Shown here piece after piece: positions 13,850-31,446 of a stretch of DNA of 64,000 nucleotides. The stretch is from the human T2T-CHM13v2.0 reference genome, Homo sapiens. The stretch's first letter is position 1; every line of letters begins with the position of its first letter. The position numbers and the translations under genes are program-made. The notes beneath the pieces were generated by a model. It did no database searches, had not been told where the DNA came from, and saw only the letters and a program-made list of their open reading frames with translations. The stretch lies in the NCBI RefSeq assembly GCF_009914755.1, contig NC_060947.1, one strand, 5' to 3'.

Positions 13850-15290
13850 CCTTCTCATAAACCTCATGCATCAGCCATCTCCTCTCTCCCCTATCTTCAA
13901 CATTCTCTTTCTCCTAACTCTTCCCCATCAGCATATGCACACTCCCAAGTCTCTGTCATCTTCATAAAAATTCTCCCTTGATCTTATGTGATCCTCCCAC
14001 TCCATCAGATCTTTCCCTTTCCAAGTTTAACGGAAATATAACGTGCATGTATGGTTTCCACTACTTCAGTGCCCAATGTTCCAGTTATATACTGCTGTGT
14101 AATAAACCACCCCAAAACTTGGGGCTTAAAACAATAATCATTTAATTATACTCATGACTGTGTGGGTAAGGAATGTGGGCAAAGCTCACTAGAGAATTCT
14201 CCTGTCCCACGTGGCATCTACTGAGGTCACTCAGTGGTATCCAGCTGGCTGGCTAGGTTGTTTTGGAGGGACCAAAATGACTTCCGTCATATGTGTGGCG
14301 CATTGGTGGGGATAACTGGAAAGCTGGGCTCAGCTGGGCTGTGCGTTCTCTCTCCATGTTGTCTCTTGACCTCTCCATTTGATTTCTCCAGCAGGGCAGT
14401 CAGACTTCTTACATGGTTCCTGAGGGATCCAAAAGACCAAGGCAAAAGTTACAGGATTCTTACAACCTATCCTTGGAAGTCAAGCAGCATTAATTCCCTG
14501 CATTCTTTCAGTTAAACTTTTGTACAGGGCCCACCAGATTGAGCAGTAGGGGGACTACACAGAGGTACAGTTACTTGGAGGCTTGGTTGATAGGAGCCAC
14601 ATGTTACAGACTACCGCCCCCATGTACTCCTCAAACCACTGCATTCCTCATCACTCCATTGAAATTGTAATCTTTGAGGTAAAGACAGACCTCTTAGTTG
14701 TTAAATCCAATAGATGCCTGTCAGTACTTGTTTTGCTTGTTTTTTGTTTTTGTTTTTGGAATTGGACCCTATTGACCACTAAATTCCTTCTTGAAATTCT
14801 CCTCCCCTAGCTTCTGTATATCACCTTTCCTTGTCTTTTCTTCAGTCTCCTAAAGTGACTTATTTCTTAGGCTCTCCCCTTATCTACTGGGTTTTGCTAT
14901 CAGTTCTCTTCTCACTCTGTATATGCTACCTAGTTATATCAACTACACCTATAGCCTCATCTATCACTTATCTACTGGTGATTCCTCAATATATATCGCC
15001 ATCCCAGACTTCTCTCCAGTGATCCAGAATCTCATGTACTCACCTAGATGTCCAGCGGGTACTTCAAACAGCCAAAGCTTAATTCGTCTTCCTTACACGT
15101 GCTCTCTTCCTTGTGTTTTCTCTCCTGTATTTACCACCCGCCTAGATGCACAAGGCTGAAACTTGGACGTCATCCTTAACTCTACCATCTCTCCTATTAT
15201 ACTGAATACAATCTGTCACTGATCCCCGACCATTCAACTTGCTAAAAAGCTTGTCAATTTATCTATTCCTCTCCATCCTAAATACTAGGT
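13850..15290 (+). mobile_element. L2 fragments interrupted by an MLT1 LTR
   Basis: CT-rich L2 phrases (GACCTCTTAGTTGTTAAATCCAAT, TCCCAGACTTCTCTCC, CAATCTGTCACT). Confidence 0.7.
14078..14610 (-). mobile_element. MLT1 (ERVL-MaLR) solo LTR
   Basis: TGCTGTGTAATAAACCACCCCAAAACTTGGGGCTTAAAACAATAATCATTTA hallmark. Confidence 0.8.
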
Positions 15291-15741
15291 CTCTGGCAGA
15301 GGACTAGATGGGGGTCTCAGTTCATCATTCTGATCTGTAAACCATATAGAAATTAACATTTACTATAATACACTCAAACACATTTTTTTGTAAAGCAGAG
15401 GTGATCCAGAGATATCAGGATAGGAGATATTTAATGAGTTAAACTCCACATGGGGAGAGGCACTCAAGTTGGTAGCAATGGCATGTTGCCTTTCGGTAAC
15501 CTCTAGGGTGAGGTTACTTCAGTTCCTGGGAAGCCCCAACTGAGGGCTTACTGGCTAATCAAGCTCCTTATGCCCCTGAACATGCCGTCCTGAAACATCA
15601 ATTGCATTTAGTGTGATTATAAAAACTGCCTTTATCAAGCCTCATCATCTGGATCTCACATCCAGATTGTGTATAATTTCTTAATACATTGCCAGCACAT
15701 CGTGGCTACACACACCACAGGTTACATCACAGTGACCAGAC

Positions 15742-16565
15742 AGATTCTGGCTTCTAGTAAATGACCAAATAGCTCCTATCAAATCCATCCTCCTTCAGAT
15801 GTAACAACTATACACCCTGGACAAAATTTTTTTTTAATTACCTGCAAGTATTGACAAGCAACCCAAGGCAGGCAGAAACTGGAGGAGAATCTACATTTAA
15901 AAGAAGAGATCAGAACTAAATGAGATTCCCATTTTTAAGACTTTGAACCACAGGGTAGGCCCCAATCAATTCCCTGATGGGTGAACCTTACTGACTTGAA
16001 GACAAGAGGACAGAGTTCAGAGTTTCCACAGCAGCTGAAAACTGTGGGGATAAAATCTTGGAATGGAGAGAGCCAGATAGGCAGAGCCCTGAATTCTGTG
16101 TATAAACTCTACCAAATCACTGGCTGACCTCTGAATTATGCATTCATGGGACAGTCTCCAAACAGTCTGTATAAGGCTAAAAGAACTGACTAGAGACTTC
16201 AGTTGCTGCCTGCCATGAGGGAGACAGAGCATGGAATTTGAGTTTAGTCAAGTTAAATGCTGCTGAAACAAAAATGTCAATACTTTTCAGAGGGATATAA
16301 TGGAATCCAGATTCTCTAGAACATGTCCTCTGCAATAGCCAGGAGACAAGTCAAAATGACTGAACATTGTTTTGAGAAAAGTCAAAATGATTGAACACGT
16401 TTCCTATGGGAAACAGAAAAATGTAACCTATACCAAAGAAAAAAGGCAATCAATGAAGACTGACCCTGAGATGACTGACATGTTAGAATTAGCAGACAGG
16501 AATTTTTAACCAGCTATTATAATGATTCCCAAGGACACAGAGGAAAATATGCTCATAATGAATAG
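15742..16565 (+). mobile_element. Old L1M 5' region fragment
   Basis: ATCAATGAAGACTGACCCTGAGATGACTGACATGTTAGAATTAGCAGACAGGAATTTTAA typical of old L1M pre-ORF1/ORF1 sequence. Confidence 0.65.
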
Positions 16566-16799
16566 TTACCAGCTGTACTGCAACCATGTAAAGATGAGCA
16601 CCCTATAGAGGTGGGTGGCTGGTTCACAGTCTAGAAGGTAGAAGAGACTGGGAGTGGCAAGCCTGGCCAGGACCTACAGCACCCACCGACACTGTCTTAG
16701 TTCAGATTCTTATTGTTTTTCATGTAGACCATTAAAACAGTCTCAAAAATTGCCTCCCTGCTTCTGGTTACTATTTACTATGACCCCCAGCACACACAG

Positions 16800-17360
16800 A
16801 AACCCTAAACACATCTGCATTGATTCCAGAATTACCTATTTGAACACAGATTTAATTAGGACTTTACTGATTCCAAGTAATAGAAACACCATTTGGGCCA
16901 CAGAGTCAATTTACCCGAAGTTTCACATAATCATAAGTAGATGAGCCTCAAGGACAAGTACAATCAGAGACTCGAACATGAACAGGAATCTTTCAATTGC
17001 TCCTCCTGTAAGTTCACTTCATTCTCTGAAACAAGTTTCCTCCCCGTGGCTGTAAAAAGGGCCACCAGCAGCTTCTGGCCACACATCTCCTAGCTGTGCC
17101 ACAAAACCAAGAGGCAATATTTTCCCTCAATTAAATTTTTAAAAATTGAAGAAAAACATTCTGATTGTCCTGACCTAGACCACATGCCACACCTCAACCA
17201 ATCGAATCAACTGTGGCCAGGGAGACAGGTACTATGATTGGAAGCTCTCATGAGCACTGAATGGCTAGACAGGAGAGGAGCAGCACACCAGAGTCACAGA
17301 GGGGTTCATTTCCAAGGCAAAGGAAGGATTCTGGGAAAAGAAACTGTCAAATGATAAAGG
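16800..17360 (-). mobile_element. MLT1 LTR (old)
   Basis: TTCCAAGTAATAGAAAC...CACATGCCACACCTCAACCAATC...CTGTGGCCAGGG...TATGATTGG. Confidence 0.6.
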
Positions 17361-17659
17361 TCTAACAGGTTTCCTGTGGTTGCCACTTCAATGTGTGGCA
17401 ATATCATCCTCCACGCAAATGTCAGTGTCCTGGGATTTCTCTTACAGCAGAGACTTCTGTTGTTCCCCAACATCTGTTCTCCCCTTCCCCCTACCCAGTA
17501 TTTTACTGCTTGAAACATAAATGCAATGACCAGAGGACAAGTGTCACACGGTGGAGACGATAGGACAGAAAGTCCATAAGTTATTTTGGATGGCTAATAA
17601 CTCACAGCTGAACCTGATGCTAACTGACAACCCCCTCACTCCCCACATCTAATCAAGGC

Positions 17660-17875
17660 AAAACAACACTGAAGTTAAGAGTGTGGGTTAGAGCCAAACC
17701 ACCTGAGTTTGAATCTAGGCTCTGCCACTTACTAGTTCTGTTCAGCATATTACTTTATCTCTCTGTTCCTGTTTCCTTAGGCATAAAATGATGTTAATGT
17801 ACCTCATAGGTGGGTTGTGAGAATTAAGATCATTCACGTAAGCACTTAGAACAGTGCTCAATGAGTGTTAACTAC
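17660..17875 (+). mobile_element. MIR
   Basis: CCTGAGTTTGAATCTAGGCTCTGCCACTTACTAG...GGTTGTGAGAATTAA...AAGCACTTAGAACAGTG. Confidence 0.85.
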
Positions 17876-17879
17876 CATT

Positions 17880-18940
17880 TTCAAGGCGTCTCAATTTTAC
17901 CTACTAAAGATCTTGGAAGACTGTGCCTTCTTTCACAGCCCAAAAGCCACTTTCCATCACTTCAATGAGTCACTGCCTCCTCCACAGCGTCCTCCACATT
18001 GCCTCAGCCTGACCTTTCTGAAACACCTTGATCTGACCATGTTACTCCTATTGGAAACCCTTCAATGATTCTTCCTTTCCTACAAAATAAAGCCTTAACT
18101 CCTTAGCCTGGTGACCAAGGTTCCTTGCATAAGAGCCCGAATGGACTTTCTGGGCTCATCTCCTGCCACTCCTCCATGATGCCCCAAAGCCCAGCCACAC
18201 TGAATTACTCTCTACCTTCAACTTCCTACCTGCCTCTAAAGTACTAACCACTCCCGTGTTCCCTCCCTCCTGAACTCTTTCCTCCCTTGGCTGCTGTGGC
18301 ACCACACCCTCCTGGTTTGCTTCCAATCTCCCTGGCTATTCTTTTTCCATCTTTCTCATGGGTTTCTCATTCTTCAGCCCATCTGTGTCAAGGTTCCCAG
18401 GTTCCATCCTTAGCCCACTTCCTGTTTCACTGCATGTCCTGCCCCTGAGTGATGGCATCCCCTGGCAAGCTTCTAAGCTCCACCGACAGCTTCATGATCC
18501 CCAGATTTTCACTCCTAACCTCTTTCCTGAGTTTTGGTTTCACACATCCTGATATATCACACCCCCTGAATAGACACCTCAACCTCAGCATGTCCAAAAC
18601 CGAACTCGTGTTTCCCACCCCAAACCCACTTCCCCTCTTTACTCTGAACCTGTTGCTGGCACCACCATCACCCAAGCCTGGAATTCTTCGATCTCCACAT
18701 CTAAGAAACGACCAAATCCTAATTCATGTCCTCAATAACTCTCCAACCTGTCTTCTCTCCATACTCACTGCCATTGCCCTCGTTCTGGCCTAAATCCCCT
18801 CTAGCACAGACTCTGCCACAGTCACCTCCCTGCCTGCCTCCACTCACTGCTCCAATCCAATGGGCAACCTGTTACCCACCTCCAGCGAAAAACTCATCAT
18901 GTCACTGCCCTGCTTGAAACTCTTCACTAGTTCCCACTGC
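17880..18940 (+). mobile_element. L2 fragments
   Basis: CACCTCAACCTCAGCATGTCCAAAACCGAACTC and other L2 3' phrases. Confidence 0.75.
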
Positions 18941-19795
18941 TCAATCAGACACAATTATTCTGTGCCTCACAGTAGTTAAATATCTACTATGTACTGGAGC
19001 CTATGCTAAGTATGAGGAATGCTTGAAATGGCTGCTGCCTTTTAAGGAATTTACCATCTATCTGAGAAGACAGACATATAAATAACCACTAATAACATGA
19101 TGCAATAAGTCCTGTGATAGACACACCCACAGAGTATTACAGGAGCACAAGACTTAGGGGTAGGAACCACATCTTCCTAATCTTTGTATCTCCAATATCT
19201 GATACCAACTTTGATTAACTAGAGAATTTTATTTGAATACTGAAAAGATGCCCTTCTCTGAGCCTCAGCTTCCCACTATATAAAATGGCTCACAACTCAC
19301 ATATCAAAATATATAATTATGTATTTATGTTACATATAACACACACATTATATATGTATACAATATGCATACACATTATATATGTATATAATATGCATAC
19401 ATATTATATATGTATATATGTCTGACATAGTGCCGGAAGTCTCAAAAGATGTCAGTTTTGCTTCTCCCCTCACCCCTTTAACTCCATCATGGGAGGCATA
19501 GCAGAGGAAACGGCAGGTCAGTGATGTAAGAATTAGAAGCCCAACAACTGAAGAACTGGAAACAGCATCATTTCTGTCCTCTGTCTGGTAATGACAGAAT
19601 GGCTGGAGCACTAGGCAGCTCCAAAACAGCCTTGGGCAGGAACGGCAGTGCTCCAAGACCATCAGAACAAAGGGAAAGAAATCACAGCTTGAACTTTCGT
19701 GGACAGGAGAAAAAATCTGACGTGAACAGGAACATGGACTCCTGGCTGGAAGAGGGCTGCTCCTTTCCTCCGCTACTTGAATCCTTCTGCAATAT

Positions 19796-19810
19796 CGCCA
19801 CCTGGTGGCT
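19796..19810. promoter_or_regulatory. Candidate CTCF site (palindromic core)
   Basis: Minus strand reads AGCCACCAGGTGGCG, matching CTCF core CCACCAGGTGGCG; not in a recognisable repeat. Confidence 0.6.
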
Positions 19811-20169
19811 ATCTAGCATCCCTTTACTTAATTCCCCAGTGCAGTTTGCTCTGACAGCCCACTGCACTGTGAAAATTCTAGAAGGGAACAGCCTCGCTCA
19901 GTGAACTGTTTCGGAACTGCTCAAAGTTAATCATATCCTTCTCCATGTCCTGCAAAGTGTCTTGTACTCAAGCTCTATTATAGCACCTCTCATTGTATTA
20001 TAAATGTTTACCTGTACGCATTCATTCATGCACCCAACAAATTTGTAAGTGTCGTACCTAGAACAGACAGGCAGAGGAGAAACAATGATGAACAAAACCA
20101 GTTGACCATGTAAAGAATTAAACATGTACACAGAGAATTAAAATAGCCATATTTCCAACCACTATAAAA

Positions 20170-20385
20170 TAATTATTATAATATTTAATATTTGTTGAGC
20201 ACTGAATACTGTATCTGTATTATCCCATTTAATGCTCACAACTCAGTGAGGTAGATAATATGATTATCCTCGTGTTACAGATGAAGCAAAAGAGGAACAG
20301 AAAGGTTGGGTAAATTGTCCATAGTCACACAGCCAGGAAATGCTAGAGCTCAGATTCAAGCCTGCCCTGGGTCCAGAACTCATGC
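20170..20385 (-). mobile_element. MIR
   Basis: ATTTGTTGAGCACT...TTTAATGCTCACAACTCAGTGAGGTAG...TTACAGATGAAG...GTCACACAGCCAG. Confidence 0.8.
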
Positions 20386-20660
20386 AATAGTTAAAAACAA
20401 GCAAACAAACAAACAAACTACTGTAACCCCCGCCTCAATGCATGTTTGATGATTCAATAAATAAAAACCTTGTACCTCCCAAATTCAAGGAGATAAAAGT
20501 TCAGGTAGTAGAATCTCCTAGTAGGAGGTTTAGCTGATCAGGAACTTGACTCCATCCCTCTGAATCTCACCTAACCCCTGGAGATACGCTCTGCTTGATC
20601 CCTGCCTCTACTGTAGCCCTGCACCCCCCAAGCCCCAAAGTGAGTGCTCCTCCTTTCATG

Positions 20661-21078
20661 TGTGAACAAACATAAACCTGAAAAAGCCAATCCTTCAAGA
20701 TGGATCTTGAGCAGCTCACTGGGCCTAAATGTAAAATAAAGCCAACGAGCCATTTGCCGACTAGGGGTCACACACATACTCTGAGTTCCCTGAAAACCTG
20801 CACTCTTTTATCTTTCAGACTTTCAGTGCTTCCCTGAACCAACCAATCAGAGCTCATCTTCCTCAGCCAATCAGAGCTCAGCTGTGTTGACCAATCAGGG
20901 CTATGCTATATGGACCAACCAGAACTCAGCTGCATTGACCAATCAGAACTAACCATGCTTCAATCCTTCGTTATAAATGTACTTTTGTTTTACACTGGAG
21001 GCTGTGACTCCTGGGTTTGCAACTGTTCACTGGAAGTCTCTTTCTTCCAGTCTCCTTTTCAGAGACCTTTTGTTCACA
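20661..21078 (+). mobile_element. ERV1-class solo LTR with tandem CCAAT boxes
   Basis: TGTGAACAAA...TTTGTTCACA termini; flanks CATG/GATG; four CCAATCAG boxes; homologous to 45156-45584. Confidence 0.85.
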
Positions 21079-21324
21079 GATGTTCTGTCTCAAATATAGA
21101 CCAAAAAAAACAAAACACTCCATATGATTCTTCCTAACATGATGGAGACAAGTTGGCATTTTCAAGATGCTACCAAATTCTAAAAGTGAACAGAACAGAA
21201 ATAAATTTCAGAACGCATTCAAAAAGTTTCTATTTTGACCACACTCACACGGTTTTTAGGCTTTGTGCATTTGATATTTGGATTTATGGCTAGACTCAGA
21301 GATTTAACATGTGGCTGCCCACCA

Positions 21325-22428
21325 GCCAGCATAGTGGTTCACGCCTGTAATCCCAGCACTTTGGGAGGCTGAGGCAGGAAGATTGCTTGAGGCCAGGAGT
21401 TTGAGACCAGCCTGAGTAACAGGGAGACGGCGTCTCTACAAAAAAAAAACAAAATTTAGCCAGGCATGGTGACGTGCCCGTACTTCCAGTTACTGGGGAG
21501 GCTGAGATGTTAGGATCACTTAAGCCCAGGAGGCAGAGGTTGTGAAAAAGGAAAAGTTCTCTCGTACCCCTTGCAGGGTGTGCAATGGGGGGTGTAGCTC
21601 ACTTCTTCAGTGCCCCACTGCTCAAACCTCTATGGGAGCATACAGATGGGCTGGGAGCCCCACGGCAGTGTCTAGGGGTGAATGTTTACAGCTGAAGCCC
21701 CAGTGGGCGTGTGTTACAGGGTGTTCTTTTAGTTTAGCTGCCTGTAGGCAGCTTGTGTTAGCTCAATTCGACCCCTGCCTTATTGCAAGGACAGAGAGCT
21801 TTCTGTATCCTGGAGTTCTTGCCTTGGTGTACTGGAGGAATCAGATCACACTTGGGCTTGGAGAATGAGTTCAAGATTTTATTAAGTGGAAGTAGCTCTC
21901 AGTAGACGGGGGAACCAGAAGGGAGATGGTTTTCCTCTGGAGTCAGGCTGCTTGCGGCCCAGGTTTTTTCTGACTGCCCTAGCCAAACTCCGTGTCGTTC
22001 TGCCGCTCAATGGCCTGCCGGCGTGCTGGTAACTGTCGATGCGTTCCTCTCCACATCCAGCCACCTGTGTGTTCCTCCACTGATGTGCTCCTCTCAATGC
22101 CCAGCCACATGTGTGTCTGCCTGCTAGCGTCTCGGGGTTTTTATAGGCACAGGATGGTGGTATGGCAGGCCAGGGTGGTCTTGGGAAATGCAACATTTGG
22201 GCAGGAAAACAAAAATGCCTGTCCTCACCCAGGTCCATGGGCATAGGCCCGGGGGTAGAGGCCTAGCCAGGGACCACACTCTTCCCTCCTTCCATATCAT
22301 TTAAAGGGATCATGCTCTTCCCTTCCCAGTACTTCCCTTTCCCCTTCCCTATCAGTTGCAGTGAGCTGAAATGGTACCACTGCACTCCAGCCTGGCTGAC
22401 AGAGTAAGACCCTGTCTCAAAAATAAAA
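21325..22428 (+). mobile_element. AluJ split by an LTR insertion
   Basis: Alu reads ...GGAGGCAGAGGTTG| and resumes |GTTGCAGTGAGC at 22355. Confidence 0.9.
21543..22354 (-). mobile_element. ERV1 solo LTR (LTR1/LTR27/LTR28-type)
   Basis: TG...CA termini; perfect 4-bp TSD GTTG (21539-21542, 22355-22358); TATAAAA box on minus strand near 22140. Confidence 0.88.
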
Positions 22429-22431
22429 ATT

Positions 22432-23131
<700 letters not shown>

Positions 23132-23317
23132 TTAAACTTCTCACCAAACCTGTGAAGCAGGTAGATATTCCCATTTTACAAATATAATAGGACCAAAGAG
23201 ATAAAGTAAGTTTCCCAGGGTCACACAGCCAATAAGCAGAAGATCTGGCATTTGAACTTAAGTTGTCTGACATCAGGTCTTGAATTTTTTATGACTATGA
23301 TATACAGCCTCCCCTCC

Positions 23318-23514
23318 TTATTTATTTATTTATTTTGAGACAGAGTCTCACTCTGTTCCCCAGGCTGGAGTGTAGTAGTGGGATCAAGGCTCAGTGCCAC
23401 CTGGACCTCCCAAGCTCAAGAAGCAATCTTCCCACCTCAGCCTCCCAAGCAGCTGGGACTACAGGCATGTGCCACCACACCCTGATAATTTTTGTCTTTT
23501 TTGTAGAGACAGGA

Positions 23515-23550
<36 letters not shown>
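23318..23550 (-). mobile_element. Partial AluJ followed by (TG)n
   Basis: Right arm plus linker; (TG)n at 23519-23550. Confidence 0.85.
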
Positions 23551-23552
<2 letters not shown>

Positions 23553-24727
23553 CACAGCATAGTTTCTGGCTTTCTCCCAGGGATAAGCCTGGCTTTTATT
23601 CTTGCATTGGTTCAGTGAGGGGATTTAATTACATATAATCTCCATGGCTTGTGTTAAATTGAACTACTTCTTACCACCTATTTTCTTCAACTAATCACCT
23701 CTTGCTCACTCTGTAGAACTAGGTTAAAACTCATAGCTCCTGCAAGAAGCCTTCCCTGGTCTCTCCAATTACCCCCTTTAACATTGGTCTCTCCCAAATT
23801 CATTCTAAAGGAGAGGTCCAAGTCTAACAAATTTTCTGGGGAATACCATAAACAGTAGAGGAAATTGGAAGTCCATCTCTGGGGAAAAAAATGAGCTCAA
23901 ACGTATCTCCAGATGTTTTCATATGTCTATGAGCACAGAAACAGTCTGGCAGGGACAAAAATGACATGGTCTCACTGGCTGCCCATAGTTCTCACCCACT
24001 GGCCTGCTTGTGAACACAGCCCAGCCTCCACCCAGGACAGTCTTTTAGAGTCCTGAAGAGACAGGAGAAGGCCACCTTAAGCATTTTTTTTGGTCAGTCC
24101 AAATCCTGCCCACCGCTAAGAAGTTCTGACCCAAATATACACATATATCAAAATTATTATTTCATACGGAGATCTGATTATGCCCCAGGCAAAACAGAAA
24201 CTTATGAGTAGGCATTTTCAGAATGGCAGAGTAAGAACCTCCAAAAAATCTGCTCCTCAAATCAGCAAAGAGAATATTGGCAAAAATTGTTAAAATCAAG
24301 TTTTTCAATATTCTGGAAATTACCCAAAAGCTTGCAGCGATCTAAGGAGCATTTATTCAAGAAAACAACTGAATCTTAGCAAGAACACTGATCTTTGTGG
24401 CCTTTTAACTTGCCCTATTCACATCCCCCTCTCTTTTGCTCAGTGATAGCCTTGAAAACCAGAAGCCTCGCAATCGCAGTAAGCTGTGAAATCCAGCTGC
24501 TGGGACAACTGGATATGCGCCTGGAAAACAAAGCTGGGCTCCTACTTTACACCACATGCCAAACTTACCTGAAAACAAAACAAAGGCATAGGAAAGAAAA
24601 ATGTAAAACTCCTAGAAAACACAGGTGTAAATCTTCAAAACCTTAGACATTCACATGAATTTTTACAATAAAACAAGTGACTCAGACATTTTGTACCTTG
24701 GCCCATAACCATGTGGTCAGTTGGTAG

Positions 24728-25088
<361 letters not shown>

Positions 25089-25239
25089 TAGGACTTCCAT
25101 TCTTACCTACAGATAGAATAGGTTACCCAGCAAAAACTATTGATGTATATAAAATCTAAAATGTGGCCACATATGGAGACTTTAAAAGTGAACCAGCCTT
25201 CTCACTACTATGCTTGACTAGTCTTTTAAAAGAAAAAGG

Positions 25240-25450
25240 TTCAGGATCAGCCTGGGCAACATGGTTAAACCCTGTCTGTACAAAAAACACAAAAATTAGC
25301 TGGGCATGGTGGCAGTCTCCTGTAGTCCCAGCTATTTGGGAGGCTGAGGTGGGAGGATTGTTTGAGCCTGGGAGTTGAGGCTGCAGTGAGCCATGATCTC
25401 ACTGTTGCACTCCAACTGTCAACACAGTGAGACCCTGTTTCAAAAAAAAC
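25240..25450 (+). mobile_element. 5'-truncated AluJ
   Basis: GGGAGGATTGTTTGAGCCTGGGAGTTGAGGCTGCAGTGAGCCATGATC. Confidence 0.85.
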
Positions 25451-25896
25451 TGAACCAGTTTCTGCCAGATTAAAAGAATGAAACTTCCATACATGTCATT
25501 GGAAATAACACTGTGTTTTCCTCTCACACAATGAGACAGAGATGAGCAAATGTCTTTTCAATCTCTGATAACTAAGTACTATTACCAAGGAAGATTGAAC
25601 AGCTAAACGTCTTCACAGTTTCAACACTAACGCTAGCCACGTGTCATATGTTAAACACCTCAAATAAGATATACTGAGGCAAACATTCACATAACCAAAG
25701 CAAAGTAGAAATCGTTTTTTATAAACAACTCGAGATAATTGGCTGAAAATGATTAGTGAGAGTTCCTCAAAGGCTCGTCAGCATAGGCAACTACAATATT
25801 AAATCTTGTTACTCTGATTTCCGGCAAGATAGCCAAACAGGAAAAGCTCTGGTCTGCAGCTCCCAACAAGACCGAGGCAGAGGGCGGGTGATTTCT

Positions 25897-26140
25897 CGAG
25901 GTCAGGAGATGGAGACCATCCTGGCTAACATGGTGAAACCCTGTCTCTACTAAAACTACAAAAAAAAAAAATTAACTGGGCATGGTGGCAGGCGCCTGTA
26001 GTCCCAGCTACTCGGGAGGCTGAAGCAAGAGAATGGCGTCAACCTGGGAGGCGGAACTTACGGTGAGCCGAGATTGCACCACTGCACTCCAGCCTGGGCG
26101 ACAGAGCGAGACTCCATCTCAAAAAAAAAAAAAAAAAAAA
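25897..26140 (+). mobile_element. 5'-truncated AluY inside the L1 5'UTR
   Basis: GGAGATGGAGACCATCCTGGCTAAC and GAGAATGGCGT Y diagnostics; 17-bp TSD GA(G/A)GGCGGGTGATTTCT at 25880-25896 and 26141-26157. Confidence 0.95.
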
Positions 26141-26337
26141 GAAGGCGGGTGATTTCTGCATTTCCAACTGAGGCAAACAGGGTCTGGAGTGGACCTCCAG
26201 TAAACTCCAACTGACTTGTTAGAATGAAAACTAACAAAGAAAGGAATTCCATCAACATCAACAGAAAGGACTCCCACACCAAAACCCCATCGGTAGGTCA
26301 CGAACGTCAAAGACCAAAGGTAGATAAAACCACAAAG

Positions 26338-27359
26338 ATGGGGAGAAACCAGCGCAGAAAGGCTGAAAATTCCAAAAACCAGAACGCCTCTTCTCCTTCA
26401 AAGGATCACAACTCCTCACCAGCAGGGAAGAAAACTGGACAGAGAATGAGTTTGACAAACTGACAGAAGTAGGCTTCAGAAGGTGGGTAATAACGAACTC
26501 CTCCAAGCTAAAGGAGCATGTTCTAACCCAATGCAAGGAAGCTAAGAACCTTGAAAAAAGGTTAGACGAATTGCTAACTAGAATACCCAGTGTAGAGAAG
26601 AATATAAATGACCTGATGGAGCTGAAAAACACAGTATGAGAACTTCGTGAAGCATACACAAGTTTCAATAGCCAAATAAATCAAGAGGAAGAAAGGATAT
26701 CAGTGATTGAAGATCAACTTAATGAAATAAAGCAAGAAGACAAGATTAGAGAAAAAAGAGTGAAAAGAAAAGAACAAAGCCTCCAAGAAATATGGGACTA
26801 TGTGAAAAGACCAAATCTACGTTTGATTGGTGTACCTGAAAGTGACGGGGAGAATGGAACGAAGTTGGAAAACACTCTGCAGGATATTATCCAGGAGAAC
26901 TTCCCCAACCTAGCAAGGCAGGCCAACATTCAAATTCAGGAAATACAGAGAACACCACAGAGATATTCCTCAAGAAGAACCCTAAGACACATAATCATCA
27001 CATTCACCAAGGTTGAAATGAAGGAAAAAATGTTAAGGGCAGCCAGAGAGAAAGGTCAGGTTACCCACAAAGGGAAGCCCATCAGACTAACAGCAAAACT
27101 CTTGCCAGAAACCCTGCAAGCCAGAAGAGAGTGGGGGCCAATACTCAACATTCTTAAAGACAAAAATTTTCAACCCAGAATTTCATATCCAGCCAAACTA
27201 AGCTTCATAAGTGAAGGAGAAATAAAAGCCTTTACAGACAAGCAAATGCTGAGAGATTTTGTCACCATCAGGCCTGCCTTACAAGAGCTCCTGAAGGAAC
27301 CACTAAACATGGAAAGGAACAACCGGTACCAGCCACTGCAAAAACATGACAAATTGTAA
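26338..27359 (+). pseudogene. L1 ORF1p, disrupted (frameshift near 26425 and an internal stop)
   Basis: MGRNQRRKAENSKNQNASS...; downstream EIWDYVKRPNLRLIGVPE...ARREWGPI...YPAKLSF...RDFVT. Confidence 0.95.
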
Positions 27360-27421
27360 GACCATCGACGCTATGAAGAAACTGCATCAACTAACGGGCA
27401 AAATAACCAGTTAGCATCATA

Positions 27422-31446
<4,025 letters not shown>

